A stretch of DNA of 58,992 nt from an uncultured Thermotogae bacterium (GTDB taxonomy: Bacteria > Bipolaricaulota > Bipolaricaulia > RBG-16-55-9): contig CAZMNF010000007.1 of assembly GCA_964567595.1 (NCBI GenBank), positions 1-58,992 of the forward strand. The letters are read 5' to 3'. The position numbers and the translations under genes were made by a program. The notes beneath the pieces were generated by a model that saw only the letters and a list, made by a program, of their open reading frames with translations, was not told the DNA's origin and ran no database searches. This document shows positions 8,356 through 17,645 of the stretch, piece by piece; the first letter of the stretch is position 1; each line of letters opens with the position of its first letter.

Positions 8356-10112
8356 GCTTGCGACACCGCCTTCTCTTCCAGTTCCAGCTCGATCGCCCCG
8401 CGCGGGCATTCGTAAGCGCAGATCCCGCAGCCCTTACAGTAGTCCGTGTCGATGCGATAGGGCTGGGCGGGATCGTCGGTCCTCAGCACGGCCAGGTCGG
8501 GGCAGAACACGAAGCAGTTGTCGCATTCGGTACACGTCCCGCAGTTGAAGCAGCGCTGGGCTTCGCGTTGGGCGAACGAGTCGATGAAGCCGAGCTCGAC
8601 CTCCTCGAAGTCGTCAACGAGGTCGTGGTGGCCGTTTCGCTTGGTGGTTGGGGTTCGCTGCTTATGGGGGAAATAGTTCGGGTTGACCTCGTCGTACTCC
8701 ACGACGCGCTCCGGATCGACACCGGCGTCGTGTCCCTGAACGTAGCGACGCATCGACAGGCCGTCCGCGCGCCCCAGACGGGCTTCCGCGCGAATGGCGC
8801 TCGGGTTGACGCCGTCGACCATCCGGTCGATGGCCATGGCGGCCCGCTTGCCGCTGGCGATCGCGTCGACGACGGTGTGCGGCTGGTCCACGATGTCGCC
8901 GCCGGCCCAGACGTTCGCGTCATGCGTTCGGCCGACGTCGTCGACCGTGATCACGGTCCCCTTCCTCTCCAATGCCTCCGGCATAAATGAGAAGTCTGGC
9001 TGTTCGCCGATGGCGGTGATGACGGTATCGACATTCCGAGTGATCGTCTCGCCCTCGATCGGGATGGGGCGTCGGCGCCCGCTCTCGTCGGGCTCGCCGA
9101 GCCGCATGCGGACGAGGCCGATCGATTCGACCCTTTCGTCCCCGTGGATCTCGACGGGGTTGAGCAGCTCGTGGATCTCGACGTCCTCCTCGAGCGCCTC
9201 CTCGATCTCGTCGGCGATGGCCGGCATCTCCTCTCGGGAGCGCCGATAGAAGACGTCGACGGCAGCCCCCAGACGTCGAGCCGATCGAGCAACGTCCATG
9301 GCCGTGTTGCCGCCGCCGATGACCGCCACGCGTTTTCCAACGTCGATCGTGCCGCCGGTGTTGAGCGTCCGCAGGAATTCAAGTCCGTCGTGGACGCCCT
9401 GAAGATCGTCACCGGGCACGTTCAACTGCCGGGTTCGCCCCAAGCCCGTCGCGACAAACGCCGCGTCATAGCTTTGTAGGTCCGCCCATTGGAGGTCCTC
9501 GCCCAGGCGCGTTCCCGTCACGAGCCGGGCGCCGAGGTCGAGCACGCGCTCGATCTCGCCCTCGAGAATGTCCTTCGGGAGGCGGTAGTTGGGAATGCCG
9601 TAGCGCAGAACACCGCCGGGTTCCGTGTCCGCCTCATAGATCGTCACGCCGTGGCCGAGCCGCGCCAGGTGATAGGCACAGGCCAATCCCGCGGGACCGG
9701 CCCCGATCACGGCAATGGAGGTGGACTGGAACTCGCGCAGCTTGGGAACGCGCTTGGCTTCCCGAAGCGCGTGGTCGCCGAGGAAGCGCTCCACGGAGTG
9801 GATCCCGAGCGCGTCGTCAAATTTGCTGCGGTTGCAGACGTCCTCGCAGGGATGATGACAGACGCGGCCCGTGATCGCGGGGAAGGGGTTCTCCCAGATG
9901 AGCGCTTCCCAAGCGCGATCCAGATCGCCGTCGGCCAAGCACTTCATGGCCGACTGGATATCGTTGACGTTGGGGCATCCCGCGCGGCAGGCCGCCGTGG
10001 CGTCGCGGTAGATCGGGCGCAAAAAGCGCCACGACCCAGTCTTATTGCCGCGCGTGTTGCCCGTTGACATGGGCATTAACGGCGTGCCGTTCGAGCGGTT
10101 CGTATCGCTCAT
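8352..10112 (-). CDS. PorD-like delta subunit with an inserted GltD-like flavoprotein (DsrL-like architecture)
   Basis: N-terminal NKTGSWRFLRP (delta-type), CxxxCP..NPFPAITGRVC..CE..C, GAGPAG, GGGNTA, YRR, then EAQRCFNC and a C-terminal 2[4Fe-4S] domain ending IDTDYCKGCGICAYECP. Confidence 0.88.
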   Translation of the reverse strand: MSDTNRSNGTPLMPMSTGNTRGNKTGSWRFLRPIYRDATAACRAGCPNVNDIQSAMKCLADGDLDRAWEALIWENPFPAITGRVCHHPCEDVCNRSKFDDALGIHSVERFLGDHALREAKRVPKLREFQSTSIAVIGAGPAGLACAYHLARLGHGVTIYEADTEPGGVLRYGIPNYRLPKDILEGEIERVLDLGARLVTGTRLGEDLQWADLQSYDAAFVATGLGRTRQLNVPGDDLQGVHDGLEFLRTLNTGGTIDVGKRVAVIGGGNTAMDVARSARRLGAAVDVFYRRSREEMPAIADEIEEALEEDVEIHELLNPVEIHGDERVESIGLVRMRLGEPDESGRRRPIPIEGETITRNVDTVITAIGEQPDFSFMPEALERKGTVITVDDVGRTHDANVWAGGDIVDQPHTVVDAIASGKRAAMAIDRMVDGVNPSAIRAEARLGRADGLSMRRYVQGHDAGVDPERVVEYDEVNPNYFPHKQRTPTTKRNGHHDLVDDFEEVELGFIDSFAQREAQRCFNCGTCTECDNCFVFCPDLAVLRTDDPAQPYRIDTDYCKGCGICAYECPRGAIELELEEKAVSQA

Positions 10113-10699
10113 GATGAACTCCCCATTTCAATCCGCTGGCTGACAAGCTCTGGCCCGCGGACGGCCTCATGGGCGTCGCGAGCGGCTGCCTGATTCGCCT
10201 CCGTTCCCGACGGAACGGCGTCGTCGATGGCCCTCAGAATGGCGTCCAATCCGACGGCTCCGCTTGCCTTGGCATAGGCGCCAAGGATAGACGTGTTGAC
10301 GATCGGCTGTTGGCGGGTTCCGAGGCCGTGTTCGACGGCGATGCGGGCGGCATCGACCGTGGCGACGTGAAAGCGGCCCAAATGGGCAAAGGCCTCGGGA
10401 GGATGCTCGCTGTTGATGAGGATCAGCCCGTTGCGCTTGAGGCCCGAGGTGACCTCGACGGTCTCGATCAGCGTGGCGTCCAACACGACGAGATGATCGG
10501 GCTGATAAATTTGCGAGCGGATCTGAATGGGCTTGTCGTCGATCCGGGCGAACGCCATGACGGGGGCGCCGCGTCGCTCCACGCCGAACGCCGGGAACGC
10601 CTGCACCGATCGACCCTCGTCGAACGCGGCCGAGGTGAGCGCCTTGGAGGCGACGACCGCGCCCTGCCCGCCGCGTCCGTGGAACCGAACTTCGATCAT
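10109..10699 (-). CDS. 2-oxoacid:ferredoxin oxidoreductase gamma subunit
   Basis: EVRFHGRGGQG and FPAFGVERRGAPV motifs; GAGGAGG RBS. Confidence 0.93.
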   Translation of the reverse strand: MIEVRFHGRGGQGAVVASKALTSAAFDEGRSVQAFPAFGVERRGAPVMAFARIDDKPIQIRSQIYQPDHLVVLDATLIETVEVTSGLKRNGLILINSEHPPEAFAHLGRFHVATVDAARIAVEHGLGTRQQPIVNTSILGAYAKASGAVGLDAILRAIDDAVPSGTEANQAAARDAHEAVRGPELVSQRIEMGSSS

Positions 10700-10759
10700 G
10701 TCGACCTCCTCACTCGCGTCGATCTCCCCCGTTGCGCCGGAGGAGCATCCGATTGGGCG

Positions 10760-11710
10760 CTACACTTCGAGGTAACGATCCTCGCACTTGGTTGCGATGC
10801 GGTCCCAATCCTCGTCAACTTGGTTCTGGAACGCCTTGATGTGGTCGCGGTTGCCCTCATCGAACAGGTGCTTGAAGCGCTTCTGCGGCTTGAGCCAAGC
10901 CTCGATCGGCTCGGGATCCTCGGGGGCATAGTTGAGCCAGTACTCGCCGTCGACGACCTCGTAGAGCGGCCAGAAGCGCGTCTCCACGGCCAGTCGGGCG
11001 ATCTCCGGCGTCTGGCTCGGGTCGAACCCCCAGCCGCGCTGGCAGGGCGCCAGGACGTTGAGGAAGCTCGGCCCGTCGACGCTCATGGCCTGCTCGACCT
11101 TTCGGAGGAGATCCTGCCAGTGCGACAGCGACGCCTGCGCCACGTAGGGGACGTGGTGCGCGATGGCGATGTCGGTGAGGTCCTTGCGGCGCTGGAGTTT
11201 GCCGAGGCTCTCGTCGCCGACGGGACTGGTGGTCGTGTTGGCGAAGGGGGGCGTGGCGCCGCTGCGCTGGTTCCCGGTGTTCATGTAGGCCTCGTTGTCG
11301 TAGCAGATGTAGGTGAAGCGATGGCCGCGCTCCAGCGCGCCCGACAGCGACTGCAGGCCAATGTCGTAAGTGCCCCCGTCGCCGCCGAAGGCCACGAAGC
11401 GCATGTCGTCGGGGAGATCCCCGCGGCCCTTGCGCTTGAGCACGCGATAGGCCGTCTCCACGCCGCTGGCGGCGGCTCCCGTGTTCTCGAACGCCACGTG
11501 CAGCCAGGGCACGTTCCAGGCACTCGTCGGGTAGCGCGTCGTGGCGACTTCCAGGCATCCCGTCGCGTTGATCACGGCCACCGGCTCGTCAATGGCGTTG
11601 AGCACGGTCCGCACGACGGGCGGAATGCCGCAACCGGCGCAGAGCGAGTGGCCACCTCGAAACCGCAGTTCCTGTTCCTCGTTCCGATTCAGCGTCTTCA
11701 GGGTTTTCAT
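10760..11710 (-). CDS. porB: Pyruvate:ferredoxin oxidoreductase-like beta subunit
   Basis: GHSLCAGCG, ATGCLEV, FEN, GGDGGTYDIG and DNEAYMNTG motifs. True start MKTLKT at 11710 with GAGG RBS; the ORF-track extension to 12910 is a shadow of porA. Confidence 0.88.
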   Translation of the reverse strand: MKTLKTLNRNEEQELRFRGGHSLCAGCGIPPVVRTVLNAIDEPVAVINATGCLEVATTRYPTSAWNVPWLHVAFENTGAAASGVETAYRVLKRKGRGDLPDDMRFVAFGGDGGTYDIGLQSLSGALERGHRFTYICYDNEAYMNTGNQRSGATPPFANTTTSPVGDESLGKLQRRKDLTDIAIAHHVPYVAQASLSHWQDLLRKVEQAMSVDGPSFLNVLAPCQRGWGFDPSQTPEIARLAVETRFWPLYEVVDGEYWLNYAPEDPEPIEAWLKPQKRFKHLFDEGNRDHIKAFQNQVDEDWDRIATKCEDRYLEV

Positions 11711-12900
11711 CGCTGCCTCACTCCCAGGTAATGCATGGTGCGCGGAAGGTCCGGATCCTGGATCGCCCGCAGCGCGGACTCCAGTTGCGCCGGCGTGACG
11801 TCGCGACCGCCCAGCCCGTAAGTGAAGTTGTGCAGGGCCGGCATCTCGCTTCCTTCGGACGCCAAGGCCGCCGCGATCTCCGCATAAAGCGGCCCGGAGC
11901 TGCCGAACGACAGCGCCCGGTCCAGCACCGCCACGGCCTTGGCGCCGCTCAGCGCGTCGACGACCGCCTTCTGCGGGAACGGGCGGAACAGCCACGGCTT
12001 CAACAGCCCGACCTTCTGGCCCCGCTCGCGGAGTCGGTCGACGACAGTCTTGGCCGTGCCGGCCGTGGAGCCGAGCGCCACCAGGACGTGGTCGGCGTCC
12101 TCCAAGCCGTAGCCCTCGTAGTAGCCGCGATACGACCGCCCGGTGGCGTCCTCGTAGGCCTCTTGGACGTCGAGGAAGATGTCGAGGCCTTGACGGAGGG
12201 CAATGTCCTGCTGGACCTTGTGCTCGTAGTAGTAGTCCGGCATGTCGAACGGGCCCTGCGACGACGGGTTTGTCGTGTCCAGCAGTGGATAGTGCGGGCG
12301 ATATTGGCCCACAAACGACCGGGCCGTCTCGTCGTCGAGGATGCTGGCGGCCTCGGCGGAGTGCGTCAGCGTGAAGCCGTCGAGGTTGACCAGGACGGGC
12401 AACAGAATGTGCTCGTTCTCGGCCAGCCGCGTGGCCATCAGCGTGTAGTCGTAGGCTTCCTGGACGTTTTCCGCAAACACTTGGAGCACGCCCGAGTCCC
12501 GAGCGAGCATGGCGTCGGAGTGATCGGCGTGGATGTTGATCGGCCCCGACAGGGCCCGATTGCCGATCGGCATGACGATGGGACAGCGCATCGAGGCCGC
12601 GAGGTAGACGACCTCGATCATCAGGGCGAGCCCCTGGGAGGCCGTCGCCGTCATGACCCGAGCGCCTGCTGTGGAGGCGCCGACCGCGGCGCTCATCGCG
12701 GAGTGCTCGGACTCCACGTTGATGATCTCGGTGTCGCTCAGGCCGTCGGCCACCATCTGGCTGAACGTCTCGATGATGGGCGTCTGGGGCGTGATGGGAT
12801 AGACGGGGACGACGTCGGGCTCGATCTGGCGCATCGCGTTGGCGACACCCTGGGCGCCCGTCAACAGTTCGGCTCGGTTGAGATCGATCGCGACGCTCAT
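11707..12900 (-). CDS. porA: Pyruvate:ferredoxin oxidoreductase-like alpha subunit
   Basis: YPITPQT, ESEHSAMS, NRALSGPINIHADHSD and YGLGGRD motifs. Confidence 0.9.
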   Translation of the reverse strand: MSVAIDLNRAELLTGAQGVANAMRQIEPDVVPVYPITPQTPIIETFSQMVADGLSDTEIINVESEHSAMSAAVGASTAGARVMTATASQGLALMIEVVYLAASMRCPIVMPIGNRALSGPINIHADHSDAMLARDSGVLQVFAENVQEAYDYTLMATRLAENEHILLPVLVNLDGFTLTHSAEAASILDDETARSFVGQYRPHYPLLDTTNPSSQGPFDMPDYYYEHKVQQDIALRQGLDIFLDVQEAYEDATGRSYRGYYEGYGLEDADHVLVALGSTAGTAKTVVDRLRERGQKVGLLKPWLFRPFPQKAVVDALSGAKAVAVLDRALSFGSSGPLYAEIAAALASEGSEMPALHNFTYGLGGRDVTPAQLESALRAIQDPDLPRTMHYLGVRQR

Positions 12901-13802
12901 GACGCTGCACTCCCTTCCGGAACCATGGAGATCGCGCCGGACGGGCAGACCGCCTCGCAGATCCCGCAGCCTTTGCAGAATTTCAGGTCAAACCCCGTCA
13001 TCAGCCGGCCTTCGGTGATGATGGCCGGCTCGGGGCAGTGGACCCAGCAGAGCAGACAGTTGACGCAGGTCGCCTCGTCGAAGACGGGCTTCTCGTTGCG
13101 CCAGCCGCCCGTCTCGCGGCGCTCGCGGTTGGCGTCGGTCACGACCGCGCCGGGCAAGAGATCCTGATACGGCGGCAACTCGTCCTCGGGGGCGCCGTTC
13201 TCCGAGGCCCCCACCGCGAGGGACCCGCTCTCGTCGGCCGCGAGCGTCTCGACTCGGTCAGCCCCTTGGCGGAGCGCGTCGAGGTTCTTGTTGATGACCT
13301 CATCGCCCAGCTTGGCTCCGAGGAACTGGCGCAGCGCGCCCTCCATGGCCTCGCCGGTCAGGATGTCGATCTGGCCCGCCACCGCACCGAGCGTCGGGAC
13401 GTTGGCGAAGCCGCAGCCCGTCTCTTCGGCTGTCGTTTCCGCGTCGAGCGTGATGATCTCGCCCGGGTATCCCGTCAGCTCGCGGACCTCGCTCGGGGGC
13501 TTCATCGTGTTCAGGATCAGTTTCCCCTCGGGCTTCAGACCGCCCGTAACGTCCTCGGCATCGAGCAATGTTTCATCGATGACGACGGCGATGTCGGGCT
13601 CGTAGACGCCGGAGTGCACCACGATTTGATCGTCATCCAGACGATTGAACGCCTTGACGGGGGCGCCGCCGCGCTCCGGCCCGTACTCGGGGAACGCCTG
13701 CGCGAACTTGCCGCAGTGGAGCGCCCCCATCGCCAGGATCTTCGACACCGTGATCGCGCCCTGACCGCCGCGTCCGTGCCAGCGAATCTCAAGCATCGTC
13801 AT
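12897..13802 (-). CDS. Fused OFOR gamma-delta subunit (PorC-PorD)
   Basis: EIRWHGRGGQG/FPEYGPERGGAP gamma domain, acidic linker, then delta domain TGGWRNEKP with CVNCLLCWVHCP and CKGCGICEAVCP; AAGGAG RBS before 13802. Confidence 0.9.
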   Translation of the reverse strand: MTMLEIRWHGRGGQGAITVSKILAMGALHCGKFAQAFPEYGPERGGAPVKAFNRLDDDQIVVHSGVYEPDIAVVIDETLLDAEDVTGGLKPEGKLILNTMKPPSEVRELTGYPGEIITLDAETTAEETGCGFANVPTLGAVAGQIDILTGEAMEGALRQFLGAKLGDEVINKNLDALRQGADRVETLAADESGSLAVGASENGAPEDELPPYQDLLPGAVVTDANRERRETGGWRNEKPVFDEATCVNCLLCWVHCPEPAIITEGRLMTGFDLKFCKGCGICEAVCPSGAISMVPEGSAAS

Positions 13803-15147
13803 CCACTCCTTCGGCGCCGGTCGGCTCAATCCGTTCGTCGATCGCCCGAGCGGCCGTCTTCCCGTGGGCGATCGCCTCCACGACCGTCGCGCCGCCGTTG
13901 GTGCAGTCGCCGCCGGCGAAGACCCGCGGGTTGCTCGTGCGGCAGTTCCCATCGACGGCCACCAGGTCGTTGGTCAGCTCCAGCCCCTTGATCCGAGCGA
14001 AAAAGTCGCACCGCTTCTGTTGGCCGAGCGCCAAGACGACCGTGTCGGCGGGAACCGTGAAGTCCGTCCCGTCCACCTTGACGGGCTTGGGCCGTCCGCC
14101 TTCTGGGCGGGACTCCAGCCGGGTGTAGACGCACTCGATCCCCTCGACGCGCATGTCCCCATAGATGCGCTCGGGCGCGACCAGCCACTGGAAGTGGACG
14201 CCCTCTTGGCGCGCGGCTTCGACTTCGTGGCCGAACGCCGGCATTTCGTTGATGGTGCGCCGATAGAGCACGGTCACGTTGCGCGCGCCCATGCGGATCG
14301 CCTCGCGGGCGACGTCGATGGCTGTGTTGCCGCCACCGAGAACGACCACGTCGTCGCCGATCTCGGGCGGCGTGCCCAGCTTCAACTCCTCGATAAACTC
14401 GAGCGAGCGCCAGACGCCCTCCATCTGCGATCCCTCAATGGGCGGCTCCACGTCGCCGGCCAGGCCGGTGCCGAGGAAGAGCGCGTCGTGGGCGTGCTCC
14501 AGCTCCGACAGCGGCACCTCCTCACCCACGCCGACGCCCCAGCGGATCGTCACCCCGAGCCGTTCGATCAGTTCGGTCTCCTGGAGCAACGGCTCGATCT
14601 GTTGCTTGTAGGGGGCGATCGCCGTTGGGACGAGCCCGCCGGGCATCTCGCGCCGTTCGTAGATTGTCGGGTCATGACCCAATTGGGCCAGTTCGGCCGC
14701 GCACGCGAGACCCGCGGGACCCGCACCCACGACGCCGATGCTGAGCGGTGTCGACGATGGGGACGTCAGCGGGTGCGCGAACGATCCGGACTCGAGCGCA
14801 TGGTCGGTTGCGTAACGCTGGAGCCGGCCGATCTCCACGGCCCGTCGGCCCTCGTCCAACAGCACGCACGCCCCTTCGCACAGCTGCTCGACGGGACAGA
14901 CGCGCGCGCAGGTGCCGCCGAGGACGTTGCGGGCGAAGATCGTCTCCGCCGCGTCCGTCGGCTGGCCGAGGCGAATCTCGCGGATGAACTTGGGCACGTC
15001 GATGTCCGTCGGGCAGGCCTCGGCGCAGGGGGCCGGACGCCCGTCGCGGCCGCACTCCAGACAGCGACTGGCCTCCAGCACGGCTCGGTCGTCGTCCAGG
15101 GGCGGATGGAGCTCCTCGAAGACTGCCGTTGCTGTTTCGGTTCCCAT
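13789..15147 (-). CDS. Stand-alone GltD/SudA/PreT-like NAD(P)-dependent Fe-S flavoprotein
   Basis: EASRCLEC..PCAEACP, CARVCP..LCEGAC, GAGPAG, GGGNTA, YRR, GGDC..G..TVV.A motifs. Start 15147 or 15156. Confidence 0.9.
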   Translation of the reverse strand: MGTETATAVFEELHPPLDDDRAVLEASRCLECGRDGRPAPCAEACPTDIDVPKFIREIRLGQPTDAAETIFARNVLGGTCARVCPVEQLCEGACVLLDEGRRAVEIGRLQRYATDHALESGSFAHPLTSPSSTPLSIGVVGAGPAGLACAAELAQLGHDPTIYERREMPGGLVPTAIAPYKQQIEPLLQETELIERLGVTIRWGVGVGEEVPLSELEHAHDALFLGTGLAGDVEPPIEGSQMEGVWRSLEFIEELKLGTPPEIGDDVVVLGGGNTAIDVAREAIRMGARNVTVLYRRTINEMPAFGHEVEAARQEGVHFQWLVAPERIYGDMRVEGIECVYTRLESRPEGGRPKPVKVDGTDFTVPADTVVLALGQQKRCDFFARIKGLELTNDLVAVDGNCRTSNPRVFAGGDCTNGGATVVEAIAHGKTAARAIDERIEPTGAEGVDDDA

Positions 15148-15478
15148 GGTCCGCATCCTTCCTTCCGTCTCTTAATTCCAGGTCTTATTATCCTGTTATG
15201 GGCCGACCGACACCATGATCCGGGTCAGGACCGCCGCCCGGCTCGCCCGGCGATCGGGCAGCCCGTGCCCGCGGTGACCGCTAGCGGTCACCGGCGTTGG
15301 CCTCCATGATAGGTAGCGCCTGTAGAGGGATCTGTGAGATCGTTTGCGTCGCACCGTTGGGTTTGTCACACAACAAGGCCGAATCGTCCCTAACAATGCG
15401 GTAAACTGCGCCATGTCATAGCGGAGCCCGCAAGTTCGGGCCATACTGGAGCCCCGAACGGCGCGAGAGGAGGACGCG

Positions 15479-16726
15479 ATGGAGACGACTTGGACCGATC
15501 GCTACGCACAGCGAACGCAGCACATGGGCGGCTCCGCCATTCGCGAACTGCTCAAACTGACGGCCCAACCGGATGTGATCTCCTTCGCCGGCGGCTTGCC
15601 GGCGCCGGAGGTGTTCCCGGTGGAGGCGTTCAACGAGGCCTCACAGCGGGTTCTGCGCGAGCACGGCTCCACGGCGCTGCAGTACAGCACCACGGAAGGC
15701 TATCCCCCGTTGCGCGAGCTGATCGCGGAGATGATGAGCGAGGACGGATTCAACGTCGATCCCGACCAAATCCTGATCACGCATGGGTCGCAGCAAGCGC
15801 TCGACCTGTTCGGCAAGATTTTCATCAACCCGGGCGACCACGTGGCGGTGGAGCGGCCGACGTTCTTGGGCGCGCTCCAAGCGTGGAAGGCCTATCAAGC
15901 CGAGTACTTGACGGTTCCGGTCGACGACGAGGGCATGAAGGTCGACCAACTCGAGGAAGTCCTGCGGCACGGCCCGAAGTTCCTCTACACCATGCCGACG
16001 TTCCACAACCCGGCCGGCGTGACGCTCTCGCCCCAGCGACGCGAGATCCTGCTGGAGCTGGCCGATCAATACGGCGTGCCGGTGGTGGAGGATGATCCCT
16101 ACAGCAAGCTCCGCTATTCGGGCGAGCCCCAGAGCCCGCTTGTGGCCCTGGACGGACGCCGCTACGCGACATCCGACGAGGGCAACGTGCTCTATCTCGG
16201 CACGTTCTCCAAGACGCTCTCGCCCGGACTGAGGCTGGGCTGGGCGCTGGCGCCCAAGGACGTCGTCCGCCGCATGGTCCAAGCCAAGCAGGGCACCGAT
16301 CTGCACACGAGCACGTTCTCCCAGATGGTGGCGTACGAGGTCGCCCGCGACGGCTTCATCGACGAGCATGCCGAGCGGATCCGCTCCGTGTACCGCGAGC
16401 GCCGCGACGCGATGCTGAGCGCCATCGCGGCGAACTTTCCCGAGGGCGTGGCGTGGACGCACCCTGAAGGGGGGCTGTTCCTCTGGGTCACGCTGCCCGA
16501 GCGGATCGACGCGGCGGAACTGCTTGAGACGGCGGTGGAGACGGAGAAGATCGCCTTCGTGCCCGGTCACACGCTCGATCCCGCGGAACAGATTCGCAAC
16601 ACGATGCGGCTCAACTTCTCCTACGCCGACGTCGAGTTGATCGAGGACGGCATGGAGCGCCTCGGTCGTGTGCTGAACCGCGCGTTGGCCGAGAAGGCAC
16701 CGAGCGCGGCCCAAGCCTCCGACTGA
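15479..16726 (+). CDS. PLP-dependent class I aminotransferase (LysN/ARO8 aromatic/2-aminoadipate type)
   Basis: SAIRELLK, ISFAGGLP, PTFHNPAG, EDDPY, TFSKTLSPGLRLGW and RLNFS motifs; GAGGAGG RBS. Confidence 0.92.
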   Translation: METTWTDRYAQRTQHMGGSAIRELLKLTAQPDVISFAGGLPAPEVFPVEAFNEASQRVLREHGSTALQYSTTEGYPPLRELIAEMMSEDGFNVDPDQILITHGSQQALDLFGKIFINPGDHVAVERPTFLGALQAWKAYQAEYLTVPVDDEGMKVDQLEEVLRHGPKFLYTMPTFHNPAGVTLSPQRREILLELADQYGVPVVEDDPYSKLRYSGEPQSPLVALDGRRYATSDEGNVLYLGTFSKTLSPGLRLGWALAPKDVVRRMVQAKQGTDLHTSTFSQMVAYEVARDGFIDEHAERIRSVYRERRDAMLSAIAANFPEGVAWTHPEGGLFLWVTLPERIDAAELLETAVETEKIAFVPGHTLDPAEQIRNTMRLNFSYADVELIEDGMERLGRVLNRALAEKAPSAAQASD

Positions 16727-16771
16727 GCACCGGCTCGGTGCGCCCAGTCTGCTGGAGAGGAGGTGCAACCC

Positions 16772-16981
16772 ATGAAGGCGCAGACGCGAATCGAACGCGC
16801 CCGAGAATGCTGCCCGTATCTGGGCGCCTATGCCGAGAGCCGCGGCATCGTCCTTGGACGCTTCTGTCGCCATCCGGAGAACCTGGATGCCAAGGGCCGA
16901 CTACGGCTCGACAGCCTGAGTTGCGGGGAGTGGGAAGCCTGCCCTCGAACCCGCGAACAGCTGCAGCGGAGTTACCGCTAG
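16772..16981 (+). CDS. Small Cys-rich hypothetical protein
   Basis: 69 aa with CCPY..FCRH..C-x5-CP; strong GAGGAGGT RBS; directly follows the aminotransferase. Confidence 0.6.
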   Translation: MKAQTRIERARECCPYLGAYAESRGIVLGRFCRHPENLDAKGRLRLDSLSCGEWEACPRTREQLQRSYR

Positions 16982-17421
16982 CCGATCCGCACGGGGTGCA
17001 ATTGAAGCGCCTCGAAGGCCCGTGTGAGCGCGCCGGCGTCCCAGCGTTGGAGTTGGAACAGATGGCTGCGGCAGCGGCAGTCGCTCGCGCCGAAGCCGTC
17101 GGCGACTCGATCCGCACGCCGCGACAGCTCGCGGGCCAGAGCGCACTCAGCGTCGGGATGCGACGTCTCGGCCATGAGGGCGTCCACCCGTCGGCTGATG
17201 CTGAGCAGGTAGTCGACGTGCCAGCGGCGCGTGGCGCGCACCCCGGAAGCAACGTCTTGATGACGAGCGACTCGACTTGTTAAGCCGCCCGAGCCTTGGG
17301 CCGAGCCGACGTAGACGTAGACGCCGTTGAACGTCTGCAGGCCGAGCCTGCCCACCGTCGCTTCTCCGCAAGCTTCCACCAACAAGCCATAGATGCCTTG
17401 CATCGCGATCGACGTTTCCAT
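16978..17421 (-). CDS. DUF123 / Uri-superfamily GIY-YIG nuclease
   Basis: GIY, YVYVGSA, RWHVDYL, ECALA and GFGASDCRCRSHL motifs. Confidence 0.87.
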   Translation of the reverse strand: METSIAMQGIYGLLVEACGEATVGRLGLQTFNGVYVYVGSAQGSGGLTSRVARHQDVASGVRATRRWHVDYLLSISRRVDALMAETSHPDAECALARELSRRADRVADGFGASDCRCRSHLFQLQRWDAGALTRAFEALQLHPVRIG

Positions 17422-17645
17422 TCTCGGTTAGCGGCCGTCGTGATAACCCACGAGCTGGCTTAAATTTGCAGCCTATCCATGCTTGGTCGTCCGCGCAGCT
17501 TGGCGCAGCCCGACGGGGCAATCCGCCTCGGACCCTAAGGGCCACAATAGCTCGGCGCACTCGTCACATGGTCCGGTGTTGGGACAGGGTGGCGCCATCA
17601 TGGTAAGTTGTGAAGCAAAAGGCGTGCGGCAAGGGGTTGGGTGCC

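Noticed and set aside
8352-10112. Dissimilatory sulfur metabolism via DsrL
   Set aside because: No dsr genes nearby; the gene occupies the delta position of an OFOR operon.
10760-12910. 716-aa ORF suggesting a long PorB fusion
   Set aside because: The N-terminal 400 aa are an Arg-rich off-frame shadow of porA; the real start with RBS is 11710.
13789-15147. Glutamate synthase, PreTA or NfnAB assignment
   Set aside because: No gltB, preA or nfnA/sudB partner in the window; the gene overlaps an OFOR subunit gene instead.
16978-17421. Homing endonuclease or mobile element
   Set aside because: Motifs fit stand-alone DUF123; no intron context, terminal repeats or transposase.
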